Source of the DNA: Macrostomum lignano
Lineage: Eukaryota
Direction: 5' to 3'
Assembly (NCBI GenBank): GCA_002269645.1
Contig: NIVC01000932.1
Span: 192,534 to 256,533, forward strand
DNA length: 64,000 bases
Program-made: the position numbers and the translations under genes
The notes under the pieces: model-generated
Told to the model about the DNA's origin: nothing
What the model saw: only the letters and a program-made list of their open reading frames with translations
The model's database searches: none
Part shown: positions 11,558 through 26,400 of the stretch, piece by piece
How positions within the stretch are numbered: the stretch's first letter is position 1
How the letters are laid out: each line of letters opens with the position of its first letter

Positions 11558-14004
11558 CAAGAATATAAATGAGGCTCAGCCTCTAGAATTTTGGATTGTC
11601 CCACTGAGAATAATATTTTATAGCATAGGCCTATGTATAGTATAAATTATAAAATGGTTAAAAGACCTAGACCCAAATTGGATAGGCCTAGCATAGGCAT
11701 AAATCATAAATATGGTCTAGTAATATGGTCTGGCTCCAGAATAGATAATTAATTACCTAGCCACTAATATAATAGGCCTAGTAATGTATTATAATAATTA
11801 TTGATATTGTAGGGGCCTACATACATTGCATGGTTAAAAAACCTAGATAGTAATGATTAGTAGGCTTCATATCTTAGTTGAGACTGACTGACCAATCTTG
11901 ATTCTTAAACTATAAAAAGCTTTGTAGCAGTTTTAATCCTTATTGTCATGAGATGTTGGCTATATGTGTCTGTGGCTGTAGTTGGGCATTGGGTCAGGCC
12001 CAGCATAGGGCTGTTGGTAATTTTTTTTAGTTGAGGATTGTTTAAGTTAGCTAAATTGCTACATTTATTGTATCCCAGACGAAATTCTCCACTGCCTCTA
12101 CTATTACTTTACCTACGAGGCTACGCACGAGTAAGTCAGTCAGTTACGGCGTTCTGCAATTGCAAAAGCTGCGCTGGAGGCTTAAAGCGGCCTGTACGAG
12201 CTCACGCTGGTCGAGCATTAAATTTAAAGCAAAACTATTAAAATTAATCAAATATAACAAAAAACAATGTTAGTTCAAAGGAACCAACATTTATATAATC
12301 CAATTGTTTGCAGTTAATAAAATGATTTATGTTTATCCATAATTTTTTCTTTCCTGTGAGTAATTAGGTGAAGGTTGCACTCTAAGGTAAATTATCATCG
12401 CATGAGTTCACATGGCAGAGTTTGCAAGATGGAGCGCAACACTTAAAACAGATGTGCGCGTAACGCTTATCAAATAAATGACAAAAAACATATTCTTCTT
12501 GTATAATTTATTAACCCGCAACCCCACAAAGCAGCGAAAGGAAGGCAAAGGCGGCGGGCTGGCAGCGAGCACAAAGCAGCGACAGCGACGTGGTGGGGAA
12601 GGCGACCCGACCCCTTCGGATGTTTCATTTATTTTGCGCAATACACGTGCGTACGTCGATTTCAAAATTGATCGATAAAACGGGGGAGAATAAAACAAGA
12701 GGAATAAAAAATCGGAGCACTTGCACGCAGACGGTCAAGACAGAAAATACAGGGTTTAAGAACCCCGGCACACGGCGGAGGGGGGCGGGGAGCTAGAGGT
12801 GGGCGAAGGGGGAGGGGTGGGGTTAACACACTTTACACTGAGGCCTACGGAGCAGGCCTAGTGTAAAGTAGACAACATTCAAACATTGCAGTTTGTGAGA
12901 TATCAGTCGCAACTACTGACAAGGTACTTTACGCAGTGGAGTCAAATTTATGTGGCAGGTTGGAACTAATTCATTGTAAGCCCCGAATGTTGTTGTCTTT
13001 TAGCATTTTTTGGTGTTTGTTCGTTTAAAAAATGTTACTTATTATCCGGACGGACTTTAATTGCAAGGAAAAATAATGCTAAAATCCACACGTAAATGAA
13101 GCTACCTGGTAGCTAATTACATGTACATTAACGACAATGATTAACTTTTGTTCTTTTTCTGATTAATTCAACGGCGAAAGAGTCTTTTTTAATTTACTGT
13201 CTCTACTCATATATACAAATGGACTGTATATGCAAAGTGATTTGTAACTGTCCTCGTTGAAGCAGAATCATAATCTACTGGTAGGGTTCTCTACGGTAGA
13301 TTAGAAGCACATTTCACGAGTATATACATGTAGTTTTCTACGCAGATTCTTCTCGATCTGGGGTAGATCGAGGGTAAAATCCAAGACGGTATTCAAAAGA
13401 CTAATCTTTTCGAAATTGAGAAAAACTGAAAAACATAACAGTTTTTTTCAAAGTAATGTAAATTTTGAATTAGTCTTTAAAAAACACATATTGCTTCAGA
13501 ATAGCAAACAATCGAGGCTAGTATTGTCAACTTAGTTCTAAAAATCTGGAGAATTCCAAACTGGCACATTTATTTATGACGATTCAACGCAGCGAAAACC
13601 GGCCTGCAGTGAAATTCAGGTCCACGACATATTGCACTGTCCCAAATTCGACTGCTACTATCTGACCTCCCTTTAATCCTACCAACCCTAACCCTAACAT
13701 CAAATAGTTAGGGTTAGGGTTGGTAGGATTAAAGCAGTCAAAAGTGACGATTCTGACGATTTTTTGAGAGTGTACGTAGCGTCCTATTTTAGCTGTCCAT
13801 GACAACGCATGGCATGTATATTCGACACATAGGATTCTATGATACACCACTGTACATATGGCTGGATGTGAACCAGACTAACAGAAAATCTAGGCAAACA
13901 AAAATCTACAAAAAGTGTGACCCTGGTAGTTCCACATAAGCTGCAGAAGCGACCATCCGCCTATCCGCCCATTTATTTAGCATTGATTCTCAGCTAGCGT
14001 CGAC

Positions 14005-14500
14005 CGACTTTGTCTGTGGTGAAACTCTATTCAGCGCTGTGCTCTCTACATGGATGGACACCATCCTGGCCGTCCTTCAGTCCGATGCACTGCCTGACCG
14101 TCACAGGCTCGACTGTGGCAGGCGGTGGTCGCGAGACCTTTCTGTTGACGTACAACGCTAAGACTTGGACGCTGTCTCTGGAGCGTCAGTTGGACTCGGT
14201 GCACTCGGGGGCTGCTCCATGCGAAATTTTGAGCTGACGAGAGCGTTGGGACTGAGGCTCTGTACCAGAGGGCCTGGCTGCAACGCCCGTCTAAAACCTT
14301 ACCATGTGTTAGCGACTTCAACTGGCGGGCGATGTGAGGACGTCCTGCTTTTAATCTTTGCAGGGCTCATTTAGCTAGACTGGGCCAGGCCTAAACCTGA
14401 ATGTGTCGATATGTGAACTACCTGATGTGCGACGCCGGAGCGCCCGACACCGCTGGCGGATCGAATTGCGCTGCGGTGCGCCATCTGATCGACGCACCCT
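14005..14500 (+). mobile_element. Degenerate second RTE-like LINE fragment
   Basis: LLTYNAKTWTLSLERQLDSVH and later EALYQRAWLQRPS parallel the 11.1-kb copy; shares the 3' motif gtgcgccatctga; frameshifted. Confidence 0.65.
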
Positions 14501-17500
14501 GACCGCCTGACTTTACTGGATTTTTTGCGTATGTGTGTTTGTGTGTGCGTGTGTGTGTGATCGGAAACATCCCACTCAAGCGATCCACTGCGGGTGGGCC
14601 GCCATGAGGAGGCTTTTCACCATCGCCTCCTTGCCCAGGTCAGAGACCGACTCCATCCCTAGACGTTTGCAGAGGACGTCTCAACGCGCACAACTCCACC
14701 AGTGGTCTTTACTTTCGCACTCACCGCAATACGCCACCACCGGCTTTTCTGCCTTCAGTAACTGGTGGATCCGCAGTGTCCCATCCTAAGCTGTGCCAAT
14801 AACGTTGCCGTCCGTCTACCGGCTTCAGCCTGCTCGATCCTGCTCTATCGACTGCTCTAAGTCGCGCATCGAACGTCTCGGGTCTCCAACGGTCTCGCAG
14901 ATGTATTTTCATCACCTCGAACCCCACAGCCGTTCTGCTCCGGTCTAGTTGCGCCACTTACTTTGCTAACTCGTCCGCTCTGGTTATTGCATTTAGAGAA
15001 TACTAAATGCACTGGCAACACGACAAAATACCCTCCTTATCGGCCTCTTACCCATTTCTAAAAAATCGAGTGCAGCATCCTTCTACAGTTTGGTTTTTCA
15101 GCTATAATCTAAAGTTCGAAATCATATTTGATACATATCGATGTTCTGGATCAAACTTTCATTATAATAGTTGAGGCTTTCAAATAGTTAACGAACAGTT
15201 AAGCTAATAGTTAACCACGAGAAGCCTGATGGTAAGCAGTGCTTACCATGGCCCAACTCAACTTTCTGCCGACCAGAGTAAATTAAATTCTATGGCTAAA
15301 TTGGTAGTATCCGTTCTTGCCGGATATGGTAAGCACTGCTTACCATGAGTATTCTAGGTTTTCTTGTTTTCTGACAATTATAGGCTTTGTATTCTACATT
15401 CTTAATTATTTCGTCAGTAACGTTCCTTTGTGCTTTGGTTCAAAAACACACATTTTGTTCGAAGAGGCTTCAATAAAGTTTGAAATCGAATTTACTAATA
15501 ACAGAGTTAAACAACAAAAACGAGAATGAAAAATCTGATAATATTCTGGCTGATCGAACTCTGCGCATACAGAGCGTACGGCTCGTGCACTACAGAAACT
15601 ATAACTAGTGAAACTATTGTTAAGTAGGAGTCGAGGCTTGCTTCACTGTCAGAGGTCATGTATTCGATCTCAGAGGCAGAAGCCATGTACTTTAGGATAT
15701 CAGTGAGTAAATACTGTGTCAAATTTAGCGAGAAAAGGCTAACAAACAAGATGGTAAGAGTGTTACTGTAGGAAAGCTAGTTTTACTACAAAGGGGACTT
15801 GCTGTATGAGCACAGATTTCTATGGTAAGCAGCGCATACCAAGCAGGCAGCAAGTGAAACTGTTTTATTGGCTAAAGCAGTAGTGCTGTTCATTTCCTTC
15901 CCGTCTAGCGCGTCAGTTTGAGCCAAACTGGATCAGTATGCCTAGCCGGCAGGAATGGTAGTGACATGCTATGCAAGAAAATATCTATGGTAAGCACTGC
16001 TTACCAAGCAGTCGGGAACAGACAAATTATGGATTCTGGTTAGGCAGGAAGAGGAATTTTAAGCTGACACTTTCAAATAAATAAGCCGGATGTATTTCTG
16101 CAGATCGAGGAATCGCATATTTATTTAAAATTGAACTGAAATCATGTGTATGAGTATTATTCGTAAGGCAATATAGTAAACTTGGATATCTACACAATTG
16201 AATAAGCAGCAGTTAACATTGATCGATTTGTTTTAACCAGCTCGCGCAGTTTTAGCTGCTGTCGACCGGGGCTACGCTCGTACCTGGAATTGGTTAATTG
16301 AGATGTTTTATGCACAGATTAATTTTTACCAAGTGCACATTAGATAGCTACATATGCGCAGAATCGGGGATTTAGGGAATATTTAGTTGGTCTCCGCTTC
16401 AAGCATTTCCCGCCCGGTTGATACGTTGAGGTTGTCTGGTGCCAGCGCCAGAGACCGCCTGCGTGATGCTACCAGGACGGCTAATTGGCGTCCCTGGCTG
16501 GCTGGGAATCGCACCAGAAAACCTGACATATCACGGGGCGAGGCGGCGGCAGCTACTCGGCACTCCATCTCGCGCGTTGGCCGCTCGATACACCAGCCGG
16601 CAAGCTTATCTACAGAGAGTTCAATTGACTTTGAGCCGTGCCGCTACTGTCGATGCCGAACGAATTCGCGAATGCTTCTCTCGAGTTACAGCTGGTGGTT
16701 GAGGAAGAGAGAGAAAGAAAATACAGAGACCAGAGAGGGAGAGAGACTGGCGGCGTGGATCCGGATAATTTGAGCATTTTATAGACACAACTCGAGAGTA
16801 GACTTCCCCCTCGCTCCATTCGGTCTGGCCTGTTGCCCGACGCTGAGGGGGTTGAAGGCACAGTCCCCGGGTGAGGGAGTTCCGTCTAGGATGGAGGTTA
16901 TGGGGTGCCGCTGTGGGGGAGGGGTAGACGGGGACCGAGGGGGAGCTTGGAGGAAGCAAATTGAGCTCAGAGGGGCGAGGGGGTGGTTCGAGGATTCGAA
17001 GCGCGGGTCTGTGAGGAGTGGCGGCGGCCAGCTGCCAGCGCTTATCGGTCAGATGATAAAGCAGCAGCAGCAGCAGCAGCAGCAGCACTCGCTAGTCCAA
17101 AAGCCGCTGAAGGGAGCCGCTGCCACTACAGAAGGTTCTCCCACTTGTTTAGGAGCGGAACGCATACAGCAGATAGGCGGATGAATGCGGGACGGGGGGC
17201 AACCAGTGCCAGCTTTGACTGAAGCTCGGAAACACTGGCAGGCACGGAGTCTACATGGCGGGTTGGGGGTGGGGACTCAAGATGAGAAAGGATACGAGCT
17301 CGATTCTGATGGGTGATGATCCAACTGAGCGGTGGAGCGAGAGAGGGGGAGCCATCCAACACAGTTGCCCCCACCAGATCCACTTGTTGACTTATGGGAA
17401 TTGGAATAATTTACCCCCACTCCCTTTGCCCAGATCAGCCAGTATCCCAAGCCAGCCCCCCGCAAGTCTCCCAGAGGGATCCCAGCCCGGTTTTCTAAGC

Positions 17501-17814
17501 TTAGCCCACCCGGAAGTCAGCCATCATTGCCAAGCTGCGGGGCCCAGCCGCAAACGGATGGCCCACGGTCGAACCCAGCCAGTCCCAAATGTGATGACCA
17601 AGGGCTAATTATTATTCCAAACGATAAAAAACAACGCGACGCAAAAACTACCGCCTGGTCCCTACATTTTTTGATAGCGGCCTGGAGGTCACTCTTGACC
17701 CCCCCCCCCTGACAGCGCTTATGCTCAATTGGGATTCAGCCTCATCTACATCGAGGGAAGGGAGCGAAATGAGCAGCGCTGACGGCTCAGTTCCGACCAT
17801 CTGGCGTCGGCTTA

Positions 17815-17933
<119 letters not shown>

Positions 17934-18518
17934 GGCTTGGCAATCTGCCGGATTCAATGTGAATGAAGCGGCATTTGGCAAGCGCAAATATATGGAAAAA
18001 ATATCGAGCACAACGCCCAGTGAGTCTCGAAATTGGAGCTTCCAGCTAAAATGCAGACTAATTCATCAGCTGTACGAAACTGGCGAGGTGCACCGTAAAA
18101 TATCTGATATATTCACTGCAGATAGAGGTGCTTTCAGTGAAGCTCGTTTGAGGAGTTTGTACGAGAGTAACTCCAGAAATCATAAGAAATCATAAGAAAG
18201 AAAAAGGCACATTTTTGCTCTAACAAATCGATACGATAGAAAAGTTTTTCAATTTGTTTAGCCGTTTTTGCAGTTAGCGAAACTGACTACTATTATTTCT
18301 TTGCTAAGTAGTATCTTGGATTTTTCTTAAAATTTATCGAAAAAAGCTTTCGAAAATGCATTTAAAACTTTTGAGTGAGTGGTTGGCACTATCCCCTTGA
18401 TGCGTCGGAAAGAATGACGGAGTTAGGAGAGAACTGGTTTACAAAACACCAAAACTGTTTTTCAGGAGTGCAGACTTCCGAACTGCTTTGTATCATTGAA
18501 TAGAGTGAAAAATATCAA

Positions 18519-19730
<1,212 letters not shown>

Positions 19731-20524
19731 CCTATCGAGGTCTAAACAGCAATTCAGAAAGGAAGGGTAGCCTGCCAAAGAGAATAATTTAAAGCTACGG
19801 TAGTACAAAATGCAGAGCAGATATTGCCTACGGGCGGCTGAACCCGAGGACGCCAGCTGCCTTCAAGCCATACTGTAATAAAAGCGTCCGAAAATTTCCT
19901 CTAATGACTGTTGGGTCAGCTCCGAGCGTCCATTTTCCATGCATCTGCCTCCATGCTCGATAATGCGCAGCCGAATTCTCTCTCTATGTGTGCTCTGCAG
20001 TCTACCCTTAGAATCAGCTGCTGCTGCTGCTGCTGCCGCTGCAGGAATGGATACAAATTCCCAACAACCGCAAACCCCTCTTCCATCGCTTCACTCTTCA
20101 CTAACCTACTGAGCGGAAAGCTAGTAATAGATTTTGTACAGACTGTGCTAGCGCAGAGAGTGGGGGGGGGAAGGCAGTCCCCCGGGAAGAAATAGGAAGG
20201 GGGGAATTAGCTAATTGGACTGACTGGCCGGAGAATACAGAGGAGATAGGTGCGCTCGGGTGGATTTAACAGATTGAGAAGTTCTCGCCAGTTTACTGCC
20301 AGCTATTTCCCCTCTGTCACCGGGACCCATCGTCTTCGCCCTACGGCTCAGCGCTCGCATAGGCAGCCAAGATAGCTGCTCGAATAGTCATACGAAGAAA
20401 TCCTCTAGAGGATTTTAATCCCCCTTTTCCTCCCTCTTATTTCATGGCACGTCTGTCGCCTCTACTGCACCCTCTAAATATATTCCAGAAGGAAATGGAT
20501 GGGGGAATGGCAGGACAGGGCTCA

Positions 20525-20526
<2 letters not shown>

Positions 20527-20595
<69 letters not shown>
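20527..20595. repeat. (TC)n microsatellite
   Basis: Pure dinucleotide run. Confidence 0.97.
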
Positions 20596-20600
<5 letters not shown>

Positions 20601-22408
20601 AGACTGAGGCAATGCATTTTGTAGATGAAGAGACCGGATGCTGACTGATGATGGGGACTATAGCTTTATAGGCATCTCGGGGGGACGAGGAAGAGAATGA
20701 GAAGAAAATAATTAACAGCCTGCCTGCCGATGCGAGCGAGCCGTGATATACACTCGCAGAGAGCTTTTGGAGACAAGCCACCAGAGCAGCATTTCGGTTG
20801 GCTGCTGCTGCGAAAAGTGCAGCAGATCGAGTTTTTTTGCTGCGGACAGGTGGCCGAATATTTGCAGTGTTTTTTGTAGCAAACAGGCCTTTCTATCTGC
20901 TTTAGCTATAAAGATATGACTGTCCTCACCGGTAGGTTTGCCTGCAGGGTCGGCAGAAGCAGCACCTTCTGAACCGGCTGTGGGCAGTTCGACTCGGCGC
21001 GGATGATGAGGTGTCGCACTAAAAGTTCGAGTACTATTGTTTAGCCTCAGTACGTCAAGTTGTTCAAACGGAAAAGTCATATACATAATCAGTTTTTGCT
21101 AGTAAAAATCTAAATTTGCTATTTAATGTAACGCCACACGATAAATTTCTCACAATTCAAGCATTTTTGCTGCTTCAACTATTCGTATCAGACTTCAGTC
21201 ATTCAGATACAATGCAGCAGGCCTGTACTAAAGGTAGCTAGCCATCGGATTCCAACGGGCGGATGGGAAGGGACTGATATTTCTACTGAACAACCAAGGC
21301 CACTTTGTACTTTAGATTGCTCAAGCCAGCGGACGAGGCTGCGTGACCCGGCGGTGAGGCATGAGTTCTGTGTCCTTATTAAGAAAACACAATTTTCTGT
21401 CTCCACTTCTCCGATATTCCCCCATTTCCCAGCCGCGGATGCATTGACAGCATTGGCTGATAGAGCGACTGCAGATGAACTTAGCAAGCAGTCGCTGGCT
21501 GTGTGACTAAACTGACTGCTTCCAGTTGAATTGCTGAAATCAAGCCTACAGAAACTCTTGCTCCCACTAGGAGACAATTGACTGGCCGGGCCCCGGCATC
21601 CGGGTTTGCATCTGCTAGCTAATTTCTGGGAGCGAGACCCCAAGGGATAGACACAAGTGTGCCGCGCGTCGGTCAATAGCAATGCATAAATAATCATAAT
21701 TTGCGCTGAGGAAAGGGGGGCGGCTCTAAAAAACCCTTGGTCTCTCTTTTATTCTCCAGAATTCTCTCTCAGTACTCAACTTACCCAACTGCGCTCAAAT
21801 TTCCCAGTTTACCAGTAGGCCCCAACAGTCCTCTGCTCCAGCGCATTCACCGCCTCCCAGCCCACGGTCCGCCCCTTTAGTTTTTGAATCCTCTCAGACC
21901 TGCACTGCGGCTTGCCGTGTTGGACCACCCCCCTACTCCCAGTGCCACCCTTCCCGCTAACCAGGAGCTCAAAGTCAACCCCCACCCTCATCCAGAACGG
22001 GTTGGCCAGCAGGGAGAAAGGGATTCAAAGGCAACCCTAGAGAGTACAGGAAGAGCTCAGTGCTCTGCCAATGAGGTACTTGAGCAGCTGCATCCTCTGT
22101 ACCTATCCGCTGCCTCCCTCCTCGGGTCCCCCACCTCTGGTCCAGTGCTTTCCATACTAACCAACATTCAGGGAGGGGGGATGAGGGGGGGGCGGGGTCG
22201 AGGCTGAGCCCAGGGAGGGGATGTAGGCTGCAGCAAGCGCGCTACGCTACGCAAAGGCAGTTTAAATAACGATTGCCGGCAAACAGTGCGCGACGGCTTG
22301 CCGCCTGATTTATTCATGCCTTAATCAGCAAAATATCAAGTTGGACTACAGAGGTGACAGGCGTAGGAGAGCGACAGATTAAGGTAGTTAAGAATTCTTA
22401 AAGAGACA

Positions 22409-23437
22409 ATGGATTCGACTGTCACAGTTGTCCTATTTGCCTTAATTTGTCTGTCAGATGTCGGCCAGCAGACTCAAGCAGGCTTGGTCACTCTACGAGA
22501 TTCAGAGTAAGTCCGGTTAATTACCCTACCTGCTTTGACTCATCCACAGTTTAGTTTCATAATCGAAGTGTCACGAATTAAGTCACTGTATCCAACTAAC
22601 AACAGTTAACAAAGAGAACAAGGAATAACTAACGAAATTAAAATACTTCTCAATTGCATTTCAGCATCGATCAGTGGGTTGAGAAAATCTCTAAGGATCT
22701 GACCGACTTTCGGACAAAACTTGGAGCGACAAAAATCGAAAAAGTAAACTTTATACTCTGATCTCATGCTGGCTCGTAAATACCTTGTATGTTACTTGTA
22801 ATATTTTATTCTGTACTCAAGCTTATAAGCACTGCTTGAGTTGGTGGTTAGTTAGTAAAAGCTCAAATTTGGGAATTGCAAAGTGATATTCACGATAGCC
22901 GTGAGAATAGAGTACATTTTATCCTATTGACTTTTATAGAAATCCTTTTAACCAAAGGTAATCTCTCACCCTTCTTTTCAGTTATCCCCTCTTTCACTCC
23001 TTTCGTCTTTCCCAGGCTTTCTCAATTATCAACGCATAGGCAGAAAAAACTGCCCGCAGCTTTTATAACTCAGGCCGTTTAAGGCAAACTGATTGCTACG
23101 GCCCGTTGCCTCGTTTCACCTGGATCAAAAGACCCTGTACTCAGTTGCTACTTCTTTAGCCTTTTATCTTTTATCAATATTCCATAGTGTTAGCTTGCGG
23201 CGAGACAAACGAAAACTGATGGGCAAAGGGTGTTGCTCCCGGGTGGAGGGCGGGGAAAATAAATGCGGAAAGAGGGAAGAGCTGGGAAGAGAAAGAGTAT
23301 AGGGCCATCGATTCGACTCTGCGAGTAGTAGTCAGAAATTATAGTCTGCTTTTTCCATTCGGCGCGGTGGAGCTTAAATTTTCCACTCGTCGAAATCGAT
23401 TTTCGAGCTGGGCAAGGCGGGTTCCGCTCGCTCTTCC

Positions 23438-23495
<58 letters not shown>

Positions 23496-26400
23496 TACCG
23501 CCATTCTCTCTTCATTCGATTTTTTCCTAAAACAAGCGGCCTGATCAACTCGCGGTTAGTTATAAGCCACGATTTGAGGTTCCGCAGTAGATGCGATAGT
23601 TAATACCATGGGGATCTGTCTTAGCAACTGATCTCTGCACAGATATCCGCTTTTGGAAGTTGTATGTCACTACTATATAAGCCATAGATGTCCACAAACG
23701 AAAAAAACTCTGTCTTATTTGTTTGAACCACACACGAGGGGATCTAAAATTGGCTAACGAAGTGATGTCCTAACTTTAATCTGTAGACTCATTATTGCCG
23801 CTTAGGTACTTGGTGTTAAACAATAAAAAAGGTAAAGCTTTAAATTCGCAATGTCATTAACGAAATTTTGTTAATACTTTTTTACCTGTACGCTTGTAAA
23901 ACGTTTAACGCCTTAGCTGAAGCTTAAGAGTCGAAGCGTGAGGAATAATCGACCCGTCTGTGCTGTCCGCAGGCGTTCGTCGATCGCAGAGTCACATCCA
24001 GAGTTCAGACGGAGACCGACGCTGGCCAGCTGCTGCAGTCGGTCCGGCGGCGCATTGAAAACCTGCTCTGGAAGAGTGAGAATAACGTCAAGGTGAGTTT
24101 TCGAAGCCACTGGAGGAGCTCTAAATTGGTAATTTCCGCTGAAAAACATTTCTGCGTCAGAGCGGTGAAAAACCAGTCAAAACCCAGTTTGGTCCTGGCC
24201 CTTTTTCGTATTGAGAACTATAAAATTGCGCCTCCGATTGGAAATTCCCATCTGGCACTGTGAAACTTTAGATTTTTATCAAAAATTCATCCACAACTTC
24301 CTTTTAGAACATTCGGATTCAAGCCGAAAAGTCATACGCCAAGTATTCGCCTCAGAACTATTCGGTGAGTTTCACTATTGGTGTCAGTGAAATTGAGTAG
24401 CATTTCATTTAGTAAACTTGTTCATGCATTCAACCAGCTATAGCTTCTTGTTCTCTCAGTGCTCGGACTTCACCGCCCATCCATATCTGCGCGCCGCCGC
24501 CATCTTGAAGAAGAAGGTCAGTCCTGAAGTCGGCGCCACCGAGACGGCGAAGACAACGGCTGCGCCGGCCGCGCCGGCCGCGCCCGGGTCCGTGGACTAC
24601 TGCGTCGAGGAGGCCACGCTGGAGCTCAGTCCGGACCCGCGGCTATACGACGTCGAGACGAATAGAAAAAACTCCACGTCTCACGTGCCGCCAAATATCT
24701 ACGATGCGTGTAAGTCACCAGTGCAAATTGCCCATGCTATGGGTTGGCGATGGTCCAGTGATACATTGAGCTACGAAGGGGATCAATGCACTGAATGCTT
24801 CCCTCTTGCAGCCAACGAGATTCTTAACGTTGCCAACTGGACAGGAAGTCTGGACGACGTCTTCATCGCGAATGCGCAGAAGGACTCTACTCTAAAGTGG
24901 CAGTACTTTGGTACTACAGAGGGCATGTTTAAAATCTATCCAGGCATTCAGTGGTACGTTCAAACAAGGAACTACACGCAGAACGATATGCCAATTGACA
25001 TGTTCGACTGTAGGACCCAGTATTGGTAAGCCACTGATGCATCAAACTTTGAACAAATAACCTGAATATTCCATTTTTCGATGGGAATAAGCTTAGCCTG
25101 GTTTCTTGTGACTTCAATCCCAGGTATTTGCTGGCAGCCACCTATCCGCAGGACATGGTGATCCTCATTGACAACAGTGGCTCTATGAAAGGTAGCAGCT
25201 CAATAATGGCCAACAAGACTCTGACTGAAATTCTGCACACACTAAATGTTAACGACTTCTTCAATGTTGTCATGGTAAACATCTTTGAGACAATTCGTCA
25301 GTTATCTTATGTTCGAGTGGACAAATAGGCTCTAGTAGTCTAGGCTTCAGAAACTCAATCTCTGATGCAGAGTTGAACTGTACATTGCATCCCCCTTTGC
25401 AGTTCATGAACATGTCCATCAAATACGTGTCGAACGCATTCAATCGTACAATGCTTCAAGCTACAGAAATGAATAAGAATGTAAGTGACTGAATTCTAGA
25501 ATATTCTAATACTGGAATTTCATAGTTTCTACTCAAAAAAGCAGAAATCTCGATTCAATGTTACGAGCTAGTCACGATCCACAGTTTAAAGAACACTTCT
25601 ATTCGTACAAGTAACCCAATCTCAAGTCAATCCGCATGCAAAACCTCAGACAATCATGGAGCTGATCAGCAACGATGAGAAAAAGAAGGAATCCGAGCGC
25701 CAGTTCTCACCGCAGGGCGTCTCGGACTTTCGCCTGGCCCTAGTTGAAGCATTCGAGCTTTTGCGCATGGCCAAGAACCAGTCGGCATCCGCGTCAGCTG
25801 GAGGAGTGCAGACAATCATGCTGATCACCGACAGCGCCCCGGAGGATTTTGCTGACCTATTTCAGAAGTACAACCCGGATGTAAGTAATTTGTTGCGCTC
25901 AAGTGAGTCATCGAGCTTGGTCATTGATGAAGATGATAAAGGGTCAATAGTTATGCAAGTTAAGCATATTTGACTGGTTAGTGGGTAAAAACCAAGTAGG
26001 TTTTTACCTACTATATTCTGCTAAAGGTAGAATACAGGGTTGAAGTTGCGACTCCCCACAGTCTCGACAGTGTAAAAGCTGCAGTGTACACAGCCCTCAG
26101 ATATGCCAAGCGCTAGCACACCTGCCACCTGCACACCTGGAACTTATGAAAATTAATACACTGTGGAGACATATCGCAGCATTCCAGTTCGATTGATCCC
26201 ACTAACAAATCTTGACCACATAGAATCGCATCACGCATCCCAGCCTTTATGCTCATCAATCCCACAGCAACAAATTCGACTGTTCACTTTCCTGATTGGC
26301 CAAGAGGCCACTGACGAGGAGACTGTGAAAGCAATGGCGTGCAGAAATCGCGGCTACTTTGTGCAGATTGCCACTCTCGCTGACGTCAAGGAAAACGTTC

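Noticed and set aside
14530-14960. Minus-strand GC-rich fragment ending in a (CA)n-like tail, possible retroelement 3' end
   Set aside because: Multiple stops and no diagnostic motif I can name; left unannotated.
16439-16702. ORF with TYHGARR and LLG resembling tyrosine recombinase box II
   Set aside because: Spacing to the catalytic His/Tyr is too short, upstream stop, no other recombinase motifs.
18380-18402. ggttggcactatcccct resembling a DNA transposon terminus
   Set aside because: No matching inverted partner or TSD found.
20916-21500. Possible alternative first exons of alpha2delta (MTVLT at ~20916 and small exons at 21207-21353)
   Set aside because: A complete signal-peptide exon exists at 22409 and these pieces cannot be chained consistently in frame.
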